Below, one piece after another: positions 46,440-59,569 of a DNA stretch of 64,000 bases; within the stretch, counting starts at the first letter, position 1; each line of letters begins with the position of its first letter. Position numbers and translations under genes: made by a program. Location of the stretch: the NCBI RefSeq assembly GCF_009914755.1, contig NC_060931.1. The stretch is one strand, 5' to 3'. The DNA is from the human T2T-CHM13v2.0 reference genome, Homo sapiens. The notes under the pieces are model-generated. The model did no database searches, had not been told where the DNA came from, and saw only the letters and a list, made by a program, of their open reading frames with translations.

Positions 46440-46876
46440 TTTTTTCCTTTCTTTGCTCTCCTTCACTCCTCTGTCAGATTCTCCCTGTCACCCTTGGGTT
46501 TTCTAATCTTCCCATATTTAAATACAAAAATGCTTACCATCTTCCCCACTTTGCTTTTCCCTTCATCTTCTGAACTCTTCCAGACACCTGGGACATCTCC
46601 TGTACTCTGTACAAAGAGTAGATGTTTGTTTCATTGGTGAGAACGTTTTTATAAATGAGTATACTATTGCTTTCTGGGATTTGAGATAATTTAAAGTGTA
46701 ATATACCTTGCTGCGCCAAGATTAAAAATTGCATGGCAAAGTTCACTTAAAGGCAATCTGTTTAGATAACTGGCAAGGTAGCAGCACAGGGATACTATAT
46801 ACTTCTCTAATATGTTATTTCTACTCAAAGGACAAGTACTGTTATCAAGCATAATATCCATGTCATGCTTACTCAA
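46440..46876 (-). pseudogene. Endogenous bornavirus-like nucleoprotein element (EBLN), 5'-truncated C-terminal part
   Basis: MDIML (46847-46861; cf MDATL); LPCNF/NLGAA (46709-46739; cf LAPRSFPNLASAA); SGEDG (46536-46550) followed 18 codons later by G-VTG (46483-46493), the same spacing as BoDV N GEDG..GVTG. A-rich tail at about 46438-46455; degenerate flanking direct repeat. Confidence 0.65.
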
Positions 46877-48064
46877 CTTCAGACTGAGTTTTATTTAATG
46901 ATTGAGTTTCTGAGTAGCTTAGGTTTGATTTTTGGTTTTTGGTGGTGTGGTTTTAATTTGAGAGTGGAGACAGGAAGAACATTTTGTGACTTTATAAAGC
47001 AGCAGTGATTCTTAATAATTCCCTTTCAGCTTGCCACTGGCCTCACTTTGGACTGTTTGCTAATTTTAGCTAATCATTAACAGCTAAGAAATGCCCATTT
47101 GTATATTGTTTGTTGCTAATTAAGCCTGATTTTATCTAGCAGCCTGCAATAGCACAACCTCCCTCCTCCTCCCCAACTGTGGAAGCTACTGAGCTACAAT
47201 GTTACTGTTGTTGAAGAATTTGAGTTACAAGGGTATTTTTCCTAATGGCTAATTACTAAATTTCTTTCTGGACTTAAGGAGGTTAATATGTTTCCAGTAA
47301 TATTTATGTGACTACTGAAAATGAGCATATTTCAAAATATGTATACATCCTATGGAATTACTTGACATGATCAAGTGTTTGCTTCTGGAAAACCAGAGTG
47401 CCCTTAAGAACGTGCTATTTGGAAGGAAAGCAAAGACTGCCTCTAATCTGTCCTATAGTTTAAATTTAGTCTCATAATATAATAGCTATTTGTGTTTCTC
47501 AATTCTTAGAGCCTTTAAATTAGTTTGAATTAAATGTTCCTGTTAAAACATTTAGCACTAGTATAGGCTTCTGCTGACAAAAGTAGTTGTTTTCCTGGTA
47601 CCATATTTTTGGTACCATTCATTGTATTTTCGTTGTTATTTTTTAAAAAAATACATATTCTTTGTAGAAAATATAGCAAGATATAAAGGAGAAAGTCAAA
47701 GTGCCCCCAACGTCCAAAGACAGTCATCAGTAGTTAGTGAACATCATTTCAGTCCTTACATTTTACAAATACGGGATCATGCCTACATGCTATTTTACAG
47801 ACTGTATTTTACTCTCACCATTTTATTATGGAGATATTTTCACATCAGTGAGAATGTCATCATTTTGAAGGGCTGTAGAGTATTCCATCACAAGGATACA
47901 CCATAATTTAATACCTGTCTTCATCAAACACATTTAGTTGATTTACAGTTTTTTCCTGTTAAAATACTCCTGCAGTGAATTACCTTTATATCTGCCAGCT
48001 TTGTACACTGTCCAGTTTTTTCTTTAGGATAAATTCCTAGGAGAAAAATTGCTCTAGCAAAGGA

Positions 48065-48340
48065 TGAAAGTGGAAACTATTTGGATTTACAAAAACAGGA
48101 GATGAAAGCCTGGCCCTCAACCCCAGGAACTGCCGGCTGGTTGGTTACAGGTCCCTCTGGTTTTCAGTGGTGCAGCCACCACAGAACCAGGAGCCATAAT
48201 GATAAGATGCCAGCTGGAGCCAGTGTAACATAAAGATAGTGCTGCAATGAAGAACTGGTACAAACCAGGAGCAGAGTGCAGCATCTACAGTCTCTGACAT
48301 TTGCAGAGTCAAAAATGAGGGTGGCCCTAATGGATGATAT
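48065..48340 (+). pseudogene. Second candidate EBLN C-terminal fragment
   Basis: LALNPRN (48110-48130; cf KLAPRS) and PAGASV (48210-48227; cf QPGASV). L-to-G spacing is 100 nt, versus 102 nt expected from BoDV N. Frameshifted SDIC..KM.V-like end; 5' side abuts an old L1. Confidence 0.45.
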
Positions 48341-49650
48341 ATACTTTTCTACAAATGTGAACTATCACTCAATGAAAACATTCCCTCAGTATGCTGAGCC
48401 CTGGGCCAAATACTATACAAACATATGGAGAAAAACTCATTTTCACAACAGCTGTGCTTTTGGCAGTTGAGCATTGTGCTTATAAGTGAAAAGATACGGA
48501 GATTGTGCAGGACCTCAGCAGCCATCCTGCTAACCTCCTGACTTTATAGATGAGTCTGTTGAGATCCAACAATGACAATTCAAGTGCCCAGAATCACTTT
48601 GCTAGAAACACAACAGTGACAAGAGGAACCCAGATCACTCTACTCCCAGTCCTTTGTTCTTTCTAGTAGGCCATGAAAGACTTTTAGAGAAGCAGTGCAG
48701 GGGCTAAAGACGCAGCTTTGGAGTCAGATGGATTTAGATTAAGATCTTGGGTTCACCATTTTCTAATTATGTGACCTTTGGTAAGTTACTTAATATCTCT
48801 TAGTTTTCTTATCTGTAAATGAGTATATTACCTTATAGAGTTATTAAGGAAATTAAATAAGATGATGTTTTAAAATATCTCAGCATAGTTCCTGGAAAGG
48901 TAAGTACTCAATAACTAATAAATTAATAGTAGCTATTTGGTTAGGGATGCATCCTAAATCATTTGGATTCTAAGATCATTGGATGCTAGGACTGAAAGGG
49001 AAGAGACCTTTGGTCATTCAGTCATTTTGTTGTACAGATAAACTAAAGTCCCTTAGAAGTTAAGTGACCCTAATTGAGATCCATAGCTCCTCCATACAGA
49101 GCCTGGCTTCATACCCAAGTTTCCCAGTTCCTTTGAACTACATTCTTTGTGTCCTTGTAAGATGAATGAAGCCAAAACTGTTTCTATGTGTTTCTCATGA
49201 AACTACTTCTAGGAATGTTCTGGCATCTACATAAATTTGCTTTTCATGTAGATTGTCACCATAGGTGTATGACCTTTTTTAAAGCGCTTAGAAACTAAGA
49301 TATATCAAATAATGGCTTAAGAGAAAGTACTTGTAATTTAGTCATCTTAAACTCAGGTTGGATTGATTCCCTGTGGTTTCTCTAAGAAATCTTAAAGTTT
49401 TGATAATTTTGCTTTCTTTTTTCCCTAAGACCCTGCCTTCCCTAATTCGGCTCGATTTTCTCTCAAAATGATCCAAAATAAAGTTCTCAGGTATTAAAAA
49501 TGAAAAGTATTTCATTTTGGATTGTGGTTGCCTTTTTACTACAGTATTTCTATTATTTGAGGATCTATGTGTTTTCAGAATACATTATATAAAATCAGTC
49601 CTTACTTTGAAGGAAAATATCACACTGATCTTTTGCCTTGAGGCATTTAG

Positions 49651-49914
<264 letters not shown>

Positions 49915-50622
49915 TGAACTCCTGACCTCAGGTGATCTGCCTGCCTCTGCCTCCCAAAATGCTGGGATTAGAGGCATGAGCCACCACATCCGGCCCGAAG
50001 CTTTTACTCTTGTAGGAGCAATGAGAACTATTGTATTACAGCTAGAAAATCACATAGGGCAAGATACAATGGAGTGTTCAGTCATCAAGCCTGGACTTCA
50101 AGTGGTAAGGATTCAGAAGAAAGAAATCAGGAAAACCTACAAAAAGGAAAGCAGTCTTGAGCTTAGAAAAAAAGTATAGCATGGCATATCACAGCAGAGG
50201 CAAGAAAGGCTGACTAGGACCAAGGAAAATAGGACTTTATACATGGATGTGTCCACATGTGTACGTGTGTATAATGAGAGATATATCAAAATTTAAGAAA
50301 TCCTTCTACCCATATCTTTTCCAGGCTTTCCAATTTTCCGCATTTCACATCTCAGCACCTAAGTATAAGAACTTGCATGGAATAGATACTCAGTAAAACT
50401 TAAGTGAATTAAATCATATTTTTAGGGTAACAGCTCCCTGACCCTGCCCACACACATATACCGTCCCATCTGTGACTCTACTGTTATTTGTCCATCTTCT
50501 TGCTAACATGAGAACTGCATATTCCTCTAGATTTCCCTGTAGATTTCCCTATTGCAGGGAGCAATAAATAGCACTGCCTTCACCTGCAAGCCCAGGTTGG
50601 AACTAGTTTCATCACTAGGGTA

Positions 50623-51010
50623 ATGCCCAACAGTCATAGCCACTGAGCTGACAAGACTGACTTCCCATCTATTCTTCCCCACCCCACCCCCCGCCAACTA
50701 CATACAGTATCTAGGTACTATAATCAGCAAAAAAAAAAAAAAATTCCCATATAGCTCTCAAGTAATAAATGTCAAATAAATTAGGGGTAAGAGTGACAAG
50801 ATTTGAGATTCACTGAGTTAATGCAGTTAATGAAATTGTAATTCTCTGCTACATAAACCTGATTAGATAGGTATTATGAGTAGATATGAAGAACATTTAA
50901 GAGAATGATTTAGTTTATCTTTGAGGGATTGTTCCCTGTACAATATGATCATTATTTTATCTCTTTATTTCATTCTGTGGTATACAGTTTCTCTAAGAGA
51001 ACAAGTGAAA
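50623..51010 (+). pseudogene. Candidate endogenous bornavirus-like matrix (EBLM) segment directly upstream of the L fragment
   Basis: ATG at 50623 begins MPNSHSH*ADKTDFPS (cf BoDV M MNSKHSYVELKDKVIVPG). QYDHYFISLFHSVVYSF (50941-50991) resembles the M C-terminus. About 130 codons, fitting M. An alternative G-TM reading at 50921-50995 is possible. Confidence 0.45.
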
Positions 51011-51890
51011 ATATTTTCCCCCAGTTTTTCAAGTGTTTATTGAGTGGAATTGAAGTTTCACGAACATGTTATGTTTATCACATTGTTTTGTGTGCCCACC
51101 ACTGAGTAACCTACGGGGATATTAATTAGAGAATAACATCCTAAGCTATTAAGGCTCTATTTTCCTGGTCACCTAAAAAGCAAAATGTTCATCTTTGTCA
51201 GGAGTCAAAGTATTCTACATTAGGGGCTCTTCCTTTCCTAAGAGACCATTCCTGATGTTCTGTGATACTTTAATCCAATGAATGCCTGAAACACTGGATA
51301 CGATCATAGGTTATCAGTCAGATTTTCTCGAAGGAAACTCAATAATCACACATAGTGCTTTCCTTGGTGAGATTGGGAATGGTATGAATTCCTATCTGAC
51401 CCTGATTATTTTCAGAAAATAGCAGGAACGCTGTAGCTTCCTATCTCAAAAAAAGAGAGGGTCCAAGATACTATAACTTTAGGGGCATCCCCCCATGCAC
51501 ATACATGGAAGGGCGGCACAAGCATTCTTCGATGCTATCAAACATAGTGAAGAAACAGATGCTGTGAACAGCCCTTACTGTCAAGTACTGATAGGTGTGT
51601 ATTTCTAATCATTGGGGTGAAAAGTGAGTATCCAGAGTACTTAGAAGAGATTACTCAAGTATTTCCTTATAAACATCAACAGTTTTAAAGTCCAGCTGAC
51701 TACATTGGCTCAACTCAATATAGAAAATTAATAAAGAAGTCCACAAAATACCTTCTGGCTTTAGACTATCAGTAGGATAATGGCAATTTGAGCTTCATAT
51801 TATCCATTGATTACTTATATCACACTATATATCTGGCAGGGAAGGGATGGAGACCTTTACATTTGAAAAAGCTTTTTTAAAAAATAAAAC
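51010..51890 (+). pseudogene. Endogenous bornavirus-like L (RdRp) element (EBLL), N-terminal region to motif A with internal deletions
   Basis: Ordered matches to BoDV-1 L: QFFKCLLSGIEVS (51022-51060; cf QSLKNPLLGTEVS), PTTE*PTGILIRE (51095-51133; cf PPEVYPIGVLIRA), LDTIIGYQ (51294-51317; cf LELHIAYQ), EFLSDPDY..AVAS..YYN (51386-51477; cf DMDPDF..KAIISS..EYN), PP..RAAQAFFD (51489-51533; cf PP..RLVNALID), VFPY (51659), LALDY..DNG (51755-51784; motif A INLDYSSWCNG), IDYLYHTIYLAGKG (51806-51847). T6A6TA4 tail at 51873-51889. Confidence 0.8.
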
Positions 51891-52221
51891 AACTTATTTT
51901 AGAATCTTCTTGTATTGTCTTCAATAACAGAAGGAATAGAAGACAGGGTGGTGATGGTATATCCAAATATATTTAAGTTTATTTTAGAGCCAGAAAGGAC
52001 CCAAAGCAGTCATGTGCCTGCCTTTTGCCCTCCGCCCCATCTAATCAACATTCTGCAGAAACCACACAAGATTAAATTGGTAATAGTCTCAAGCCAAACA
52101 TTTGTATGTGTAGTCTAATAAATTAACATATTCTTATATGTTTTTTGACTGTATCTTTGCATTGTCCTTTTCAGTTATATTTTTTTCCTTACTGAAAGCT
52201 TCCCATCCTTTTCTGCTACAG

Positions 52222-52462
52222 GATTATAGCTGGACAGACATCCGCTGCCCCTTTGAAAAACGAAGAGATGCAGCATGCGTGTTTTGGGACAATGTAGTAT
52301 ACATTTTGGGAGGCTCTCAGCTTTTCCCAATAAAGCGAATGGACTGCTATAATGTAGTGAAGGATAGCTGGTATTCGAAACTGGGTCCTCCGACACCTCG
52401 AGACAGCCTTGCTGCATGTGCTGCAGAAGGCAAAATTTATACATCTGGAGGTTCAGAAGTAG
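52222..52462 (+). CDS. KLHL7: KLHL7 coding exon 8 (Kelch repeats; DYSWTDIRCP...IYTSGGSEV)
   Basis: CAG acceptor, GTAAGG donor, 241 nt; Kelch GG/Y/W motifs. Confidence 0.97.
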
Positions 52463-54359
52463 GTAAGGACTTCTTAAGTATTTTGGTTTGGGGCATATGC
52501 TTTAAAGCCAAGTATCTTGGCTTTCATATTTAAATAAACAGCTGGTATTATTTGTCCAGATACTTTCTTGGTAATTTAAATATGTGTTTGTCACATTTTA
52601 GAGCTCATCTCCCTGAAGGTTTATGTCGTTGCTTTACAAACCATTAAATTACAGAACTTTAGCTTCCTAGATTAATGGCCCATTTTTTTTATCATAATGA
52701 AGCATTAGTTGACATTATCTGAATTATAGTTCTAAATTATTTGGGCTGCATAATATTATTTGTTTTAAAGATTTCAGAGTTCAACTTATAGACTCTTTAA
52801 GAACTCGTTACTATATTCAGGCTTTTAAAATTTGTATTATATTTGCTTTCTTTTTATTAGAAAAAAGAATGCTCTTTTTCATTTGTTTTATTCTTTAAGT
52901 TTTTAATGACTGTAGTGGTATTTATGCTTATTGAGCAGAATGGGATGTGGGTGTGGATATAAAAACCTTATTGGATAGTGTGTTAGTGTCCAGTAGTGCT
53001 CTTTTTCTAAATGAATAATTTTTCTAAATGAATAGGTGCAGGCTAGATACATAATAGCTTTTGTATGCTTTCATTTTCAAGTAATTTCTTTAGCTTAAAT
53101 AATGGGCTAATAAAGAAAACTAGGGAGACCGTAAATGGTTATACTTTTGGTCTGCATACTTATGTTTTTACCCTCAACTATATGTCAAATGAATACAAGA
53201 AAAATCACTATTTCCTAAATGTAACCATTTCCTCTCTTTAAAAGCATTCTTCACAGACTGTTATAATGTAGAATATTTCAAATACAATAAATCCTAAAGA
53301 TGATAGACGGTAACTGTTCTGTGGTACTGCAGATAACTTCATTTCTTCAGCCTTTGCTAAGTGTGTTTTTAGCTTAAGTAGTAGTTTTTTTTTAATCTAC
53401 TATATACTATATATTTTCCTATAGTGTCCACCCACTGAACCTACCAAATCAGGAATGTTTAAAAAGTTAAAAATAAGTTATTTTTGGTCATGACCATTGC
53501 TTCTTCTAGTTGTTATTTTCTGATCTTTACTTTTCACAGACCTTAGTTGCAACGCAGAATTATAAAGGTGTTGTCGTTTTTAAATCATTTGATATTAGCC
53601 CAGAATGGTGGGAGATGAGAAATAGTTTGGTAACTTCTAAAATTTTTTGTCCTTGGGAAGGAAAAAAAAAAGCACTTAAACTTTAATAGTATCATTTCTA
53701 AAATTTTTTATTGAACTCCTACAGTGTGTAGAAGTTTCAAAACATGATGAATGTATGTTTTGCCTTTAAATTGTGTAATCAAAATACATCAGAAATATAC
53801 ATCAATATTTTGAGAATATACTCAAGCAGGGACCAGTGTGATTTCAGGATATACCACACTAACTGAGAATAGTTAGGAAATATAATTTTGTTAATGGTGC
53901 TGTAGCTATTCCAGAATATTAAATAAGAATATGATCAGATAGTAGTTTTCATATTTTAAGGTATGGGTCTACCATCTGTAAGGAACTATTATGCTTTTCC
54001 ACTTTATATAAACATTTGAAGTATGGATAATTCCCGTCATGCATAATGGGGCTTGAAGACATATATAAGGCTTCTTATTTAATTTTTCTTTTGAAATCAA
54101 ATTTATTTTTCTAAAGTTTAATTACCAATAAATAAGTATTTCCAACAGATCCTTTTAAGGATGTTTTCCAGGGTCTATACAAACAGGATTATTAGCGTTT
54201 TCTTAAACTATTCCTACACTTTGTTGTTGTTGATTGAGTATGAAAATGGCCGTATGACCCTAAATTCTTCCTTCCTTAACTAATAAGATCTACAGTCAGT
54301 TCTTTCCAAACCCCCGCACACACTAAAGTTAAGCATGATGGGGCCTTTTTCTTTTACAG

Positions 54360-54561
54360 GAAACTCAGCTCTGTATTTATTTGAGTGCTATGATACGAGA
54401 ACTGAAAGCTGGCACACAAAGCCCAGCATGCTGACCCAGCGCTGCAGCCATGGGATGGTGGAAGCCAATGGCCTAATCTATGTTTGTGGTGGAAGTTTAG
54501 GAAACAATGTTTCTGGGAGAGTGCTTAATTCCTGTGAAGTTTATGATCCTGCCACAGAAAC
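54360..54561 (+). CDS. KLHL7: KLHL7 coding exon 9 (Kelch; NSALYLFECYDTRTESW...YDPATE)
   Basis: CAG acceptor, GTATGT donor, 202 nt. Confidence 0.97.
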
Positions 54562-56447
54562 GTATGTATCTATTTAAAATTTATTTTACAGTTAACTGTA
54601 TTCTATAAGCTCTGTAGGAGATGTCAAAAGACCAGAGGAACCCAACAGAAGAATTTTGTCCTTGAGTGAAGAGTGTATATAAACTTTTGAGTGTGCTAGG
54701 GTCAGTGGCATATTTATGACCTGGACCTTTCCCTTACACCAGAAATGGCTTGAACTTACACCCCATGGGAACCTCTTTCTTTCTGGTTCTGCGTGCAATA
54801 AATGCCTATGAATGAGACACATCTGATTGATTCGTCAACTCATAAAATGTTTTTGTTTGAGCGGTCAGGAAATGTAGAGGAGGAGGGGGGAGTTTATGAC
54901 CAGCAATAAATTTATCCTTAAGTAGAAATATTAGATATTGGCTCATGGCATTAATAAATCATGCCTCCCTAGTTCTTTTTAGGTGTAAACTTCCTAAGTA
55001 CATTTAGATTCATGTTTATTAAATAAAATTATTCTTAAATCAACTGCTTTTAAAAAGGCAAAGTGTGTCAAAAAGGTAAAATGCTAAAGAAATAACTGGT
55101 TAGCCAGTTTTTCTGACCTTGTAGTTAATGATGGAACACATTCAATGTAGCCAAAGGAAATGTGCTAATCATTGAATAATGGAGAGGGCATGAGGGCACG
55201 GGTTGTGAGTAGTGACATTAAAGCTGATGAGGACATAAAACAGATGATACCCTAGTCGTACCTTTTATGGAAACATCCAAAGAGCTTTGATAAGAAAAGT
55301 CACTTGATCATATGGCTGGATTGCCCATCGTTCTTCCCTTACTAGAACAAGTTACTGGGTGAATACGTTCACTAAAATGCTATGCCAGAGTTGCATCAAA
55401 ACTCTCGTGCTTAAAGTTTTATATTTAGGAAATATTGCCAAACTACAAAACATGGAAGTCTTCAACTCCAGCTACTGCTTTTTTTAAAATTAAGAAATAA
55501 GATGCCAGGCATGGTGGCTCATGCCTATAATTCCAGCACTTTGGGAGGCTGAGGCAGGCAGATCACTTGAGGTCAGGAGTATGAGATCAGCCTGGCCAAC
55601 ATGGCAAAATCCCGTCTCTACTAAAAATACAAAAACTAGCTGGGTGTTGTGGCGCGTGCCTGTAATCCACTACTGGGGAGGCTGAAGCAGGAAAATTGCT
55701 TGAACCTGGGAGGCGGAGGTTGCAGTGAGCCAAGATTGTGCCACAGCACTCCGGCCTGGGTGACAGAGCAAGACTCCATCTCAAAAAAAAATAAAAAATA
55801 AAAAAATAAGAGCTTAATTATAAAATATGATTAATTATGTGCATTTATCTATGATTCCCACATATTTTTAAAAGATTTAAGGAAGCATAATCAATAACTT
55901 CTTTCCAGTGCAAATAATAGAAAAGCAAGTTGTCTTGAAATTTGTCTTTTGCTAAAGATGTTTACCAACTTTGCTCCCTTTTATGTGAACCTCTACCTTA
56001 CTTCCCATAAACCCTAGGCTCAAAAAGTGTTACAGCATACTAGTTGGAAAACTGATTCATTCTGCTAATTATTTTTTATTTCTAAAAAATCTCTTAAAAG
56101 AGAAGCCATAACCATAAAAACTCTAGGTTTCTAAATTTTTACATCTTTATTCAGGCACTATCAATGTAAATTAATATTGATTTTTTACTTACTTTTTTGT
56201 TCAAAGTAAAAATATAAAGGAGTTCTGCAGCTTCTGTATTTTTTAAAACTAGGTGAATATTCAGTTTCAGGAATATTTAAAAACTTACAAGACCTAGCAT
56301 TTCTTTCATTTTATATATATTGAGCTTAAATTTGAATTCTCTATGTTCCCTTCAATGCCCTTAAATTTTCACAAATGAAAAGCTAGTGTGAATATAATTA
56401 TCCAACTCTCAAAATAAATGTTATATTATTTCCTTTTAAAAATGTTA

Positions 56448-56588
<141 letters not shown>

Positions 56589-56627
56589 TTAGCCGGGCGT
56601 GGTGGCGCGTGCCTGTAATCCCAGCTA

Positions 56628-56768
<141 letters not shown>

Positions 56769-57120
56769 TTATCTAGCCAGCCAAGTTTTTTTTAATAAGA
56801 ATTTCTTCCCAATTTTGACATTTTAAGTGTTTGATAATTAGAATGTGTTTAATTGGAAGCTGAAAAACTAAGCCTATGGACCATAGAAACACAAATAACA
56901 CATGTTGTCACTCATGTGGGAGCTAAAAATGTTGATCTCATGGAGGTAGAGAGTAGAATGATGGTTATCAGAGGTTGGTTAACAAGTACAGAAATACAGT
57001 TAGATAGGATAAGTTCTAATATTCAGTAGTACAGTAGGGAGACTATAGTTAACAATAATTTATTGTATATTTCAAAATAGCTAGAGAAGAATTGGAATGT
57101 TCCCAACACAAAGAAAAGAT

Positions 57121-57180
57121 ATTCCTCAGCAGCAACATGGGAGGCCTGGGTTCCTTCCCTAGCCCAAAAAGAAACAAAAG
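57121..57180 (+). pseudogene. Decayed tRNA-Gly(GCC)-like 3'-part retrocopy inserted in an L1 3' end
   Basis: tgggaggcctgggttccttccctagccca resembles gcgggaggcccgggttcgattcccggccca. A-rich tail; aaagata repeated on both sides. Confidence 0.55.
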
Positions 57181-57423
57181 GAAAGATAAATGTTTCAGGT
57201 GCTGGATATCCCAGTTACTCTGACTTGATCATTACACATTGTATACATGTGTCAAAATATCACAGGTACCATAAAAATATGTACATGTATTATGTATCAC
57301 ATTTTTAAAATCAGTTTTAAAAAAGATGGAGAGGAGCAGAAGCTCATAATAAAGTAACTGAAGAAAGAAAGAAATTATGTCTATGGAAACAATGTGACAC
57401 AGTTTGAGCGGTCAGAATTTTAA

Positions 57424-57665
<242 letters not shown>

Positions 57666-58206
57666 TGATCTGCCCACCTTGGCCTCCCAAAGTGCTGGGA
57701 TTACAGGCGAAAAAACGCTTCTAAACATTAAACTTCAGATTGCAGATAGCGGGGACCTAGTATGTACTCTGCATGTGAATTATAGGAGGAAGGGGAATTT
57801 GTGAAAGTTTTTTCTAAACCTTCAGGAGATTTAGATATACATAAAGACATGCTGTCTTTTTATATCATTAACATTATATTTGGAGAAGAAAGTGGTATGT
57901 AAATGGAATTTTTCCAAGTCAAATACTGTGTTTTAATGCATGATGATAGCTGAGTCTATAAATCTCACTACGTGCAGGGCAGTGAAGACCTAGTTTTTAC
58001 TGCTGTCCCACTTCCGAGCTGTATGCCGGTCACTTCACCTGGATGAGCGTGTGTGTTTTTCCTAAAAACAGGAGCCATGCTGTCCACCTCACCTTAACAG
58101 AGAACTTTGAAAATGAGAGTGGTGACTGTCAAACCATTTTTAAAACAATACATAAATGTAAGACAAAAGAATTGTTAATACTTCAGAGTTAATCATTGTG
58201 CCTTAA

Positions 58207-58413
<207 letters not shown>

Positions 58414-59471
58414 TAATAGAGACGGGGTTTCACCGTGTTAGCCAGGATGGTCTCGATCGCCTGACCTCATGATCCGCCTGCCTCGGCCTCCCAACGTGGT
58501 GGGATTACAGGCGTGAACCACCGCGCCCGGCCGGCCATCAAATTATTTTAAAGAAGAGATATAAACAATAATTATAGAGAGTTACTCTTATGCCAAGTTT
58601 CCCTTTTGTTGTTGTCCTTACTGTTGTTTGGCGTCTCTTGGTTTAAGTTAGCTGCTGAAAGCACAAGCCTGTGTGCCAGTACCACCTTCACAATCACAAA
58701 TGTCAGTCTTGGGAGTGTATGCAGAAGAATGTATTAAATCTCAGAAAAAAATAACTAAACTCGATTGTCTGTGTATATATGCATAATGCTGCAACCTGTG
58801 AATTAATATCCTTTAACACTTGGGTCCACATTTATATTCTCAGTTTCATTATTTATATATTAGTGGCTGTGAACAGAGCAACATGAGGTATTAAACTTGA
58901 CAGAATGATAGTACTTTTTTGTTACCAGAGCAGCATAAAGTTCTTAGTGTAGATTTAAAGATGGACATGTGAATAGTAACAGATACTATTAATTTCCTGA
59001 TTGCCTGAGGCCCATTATAAGTTTGTGTTTTACTTACGCATATATAAATAATAATTAAAGCTAGGTGTGATAGAACTAGTTAATATTTCCTGCCAGCAGA
59101 GGTGTGAAGAAAGAAAAAAGAATTATTTATCTTCGAAGCATCTTCCTCTTCTTTTTTGTTCCCATATTACAAGTTTTTATGAACCTCAGGAAATGGATTT
59201 CCTCTAAAAACGTGTTTTTTAATAGATATCCTCATTTTCTTATATCCTATCAGAATTGAAAGGAATAAAATCCATGTTTTCCCCGTGTATTAATAAATTA
59301 CCCATAATCATTGTTCAACTTTTGTTTTCTACCCTTCTAGACATTTTGTGCGTATATGTACACATATGTGAGTAGTAAATGAGCACTTAATTAGAATAAT
59401 AGACCTTTCTCATTAGTATGAGTTCTTTTACTTCCTGTAAACAAGCACACTAAAAACTTTAATTTTTTCAG

Positions 59472-59569
59472 ATGGACTGAGCTGTGTCCAATGATTGAAG
59501 CCAGGAAGAATCATGGGCTGGTATTTGTAAAAGACAAGATATTTGCTGTGGGTGGTCAGAATGGTTTAG
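59472..59569 (+). CDS. KLHL7: KLHL7 coding exon 10 (WTELCPMIEARKNHGLVFVKDKIFAVGGQNGL)
   Basis: CAG acceptor, GTATGT donor, 98 nt. Confidence 0.97.
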
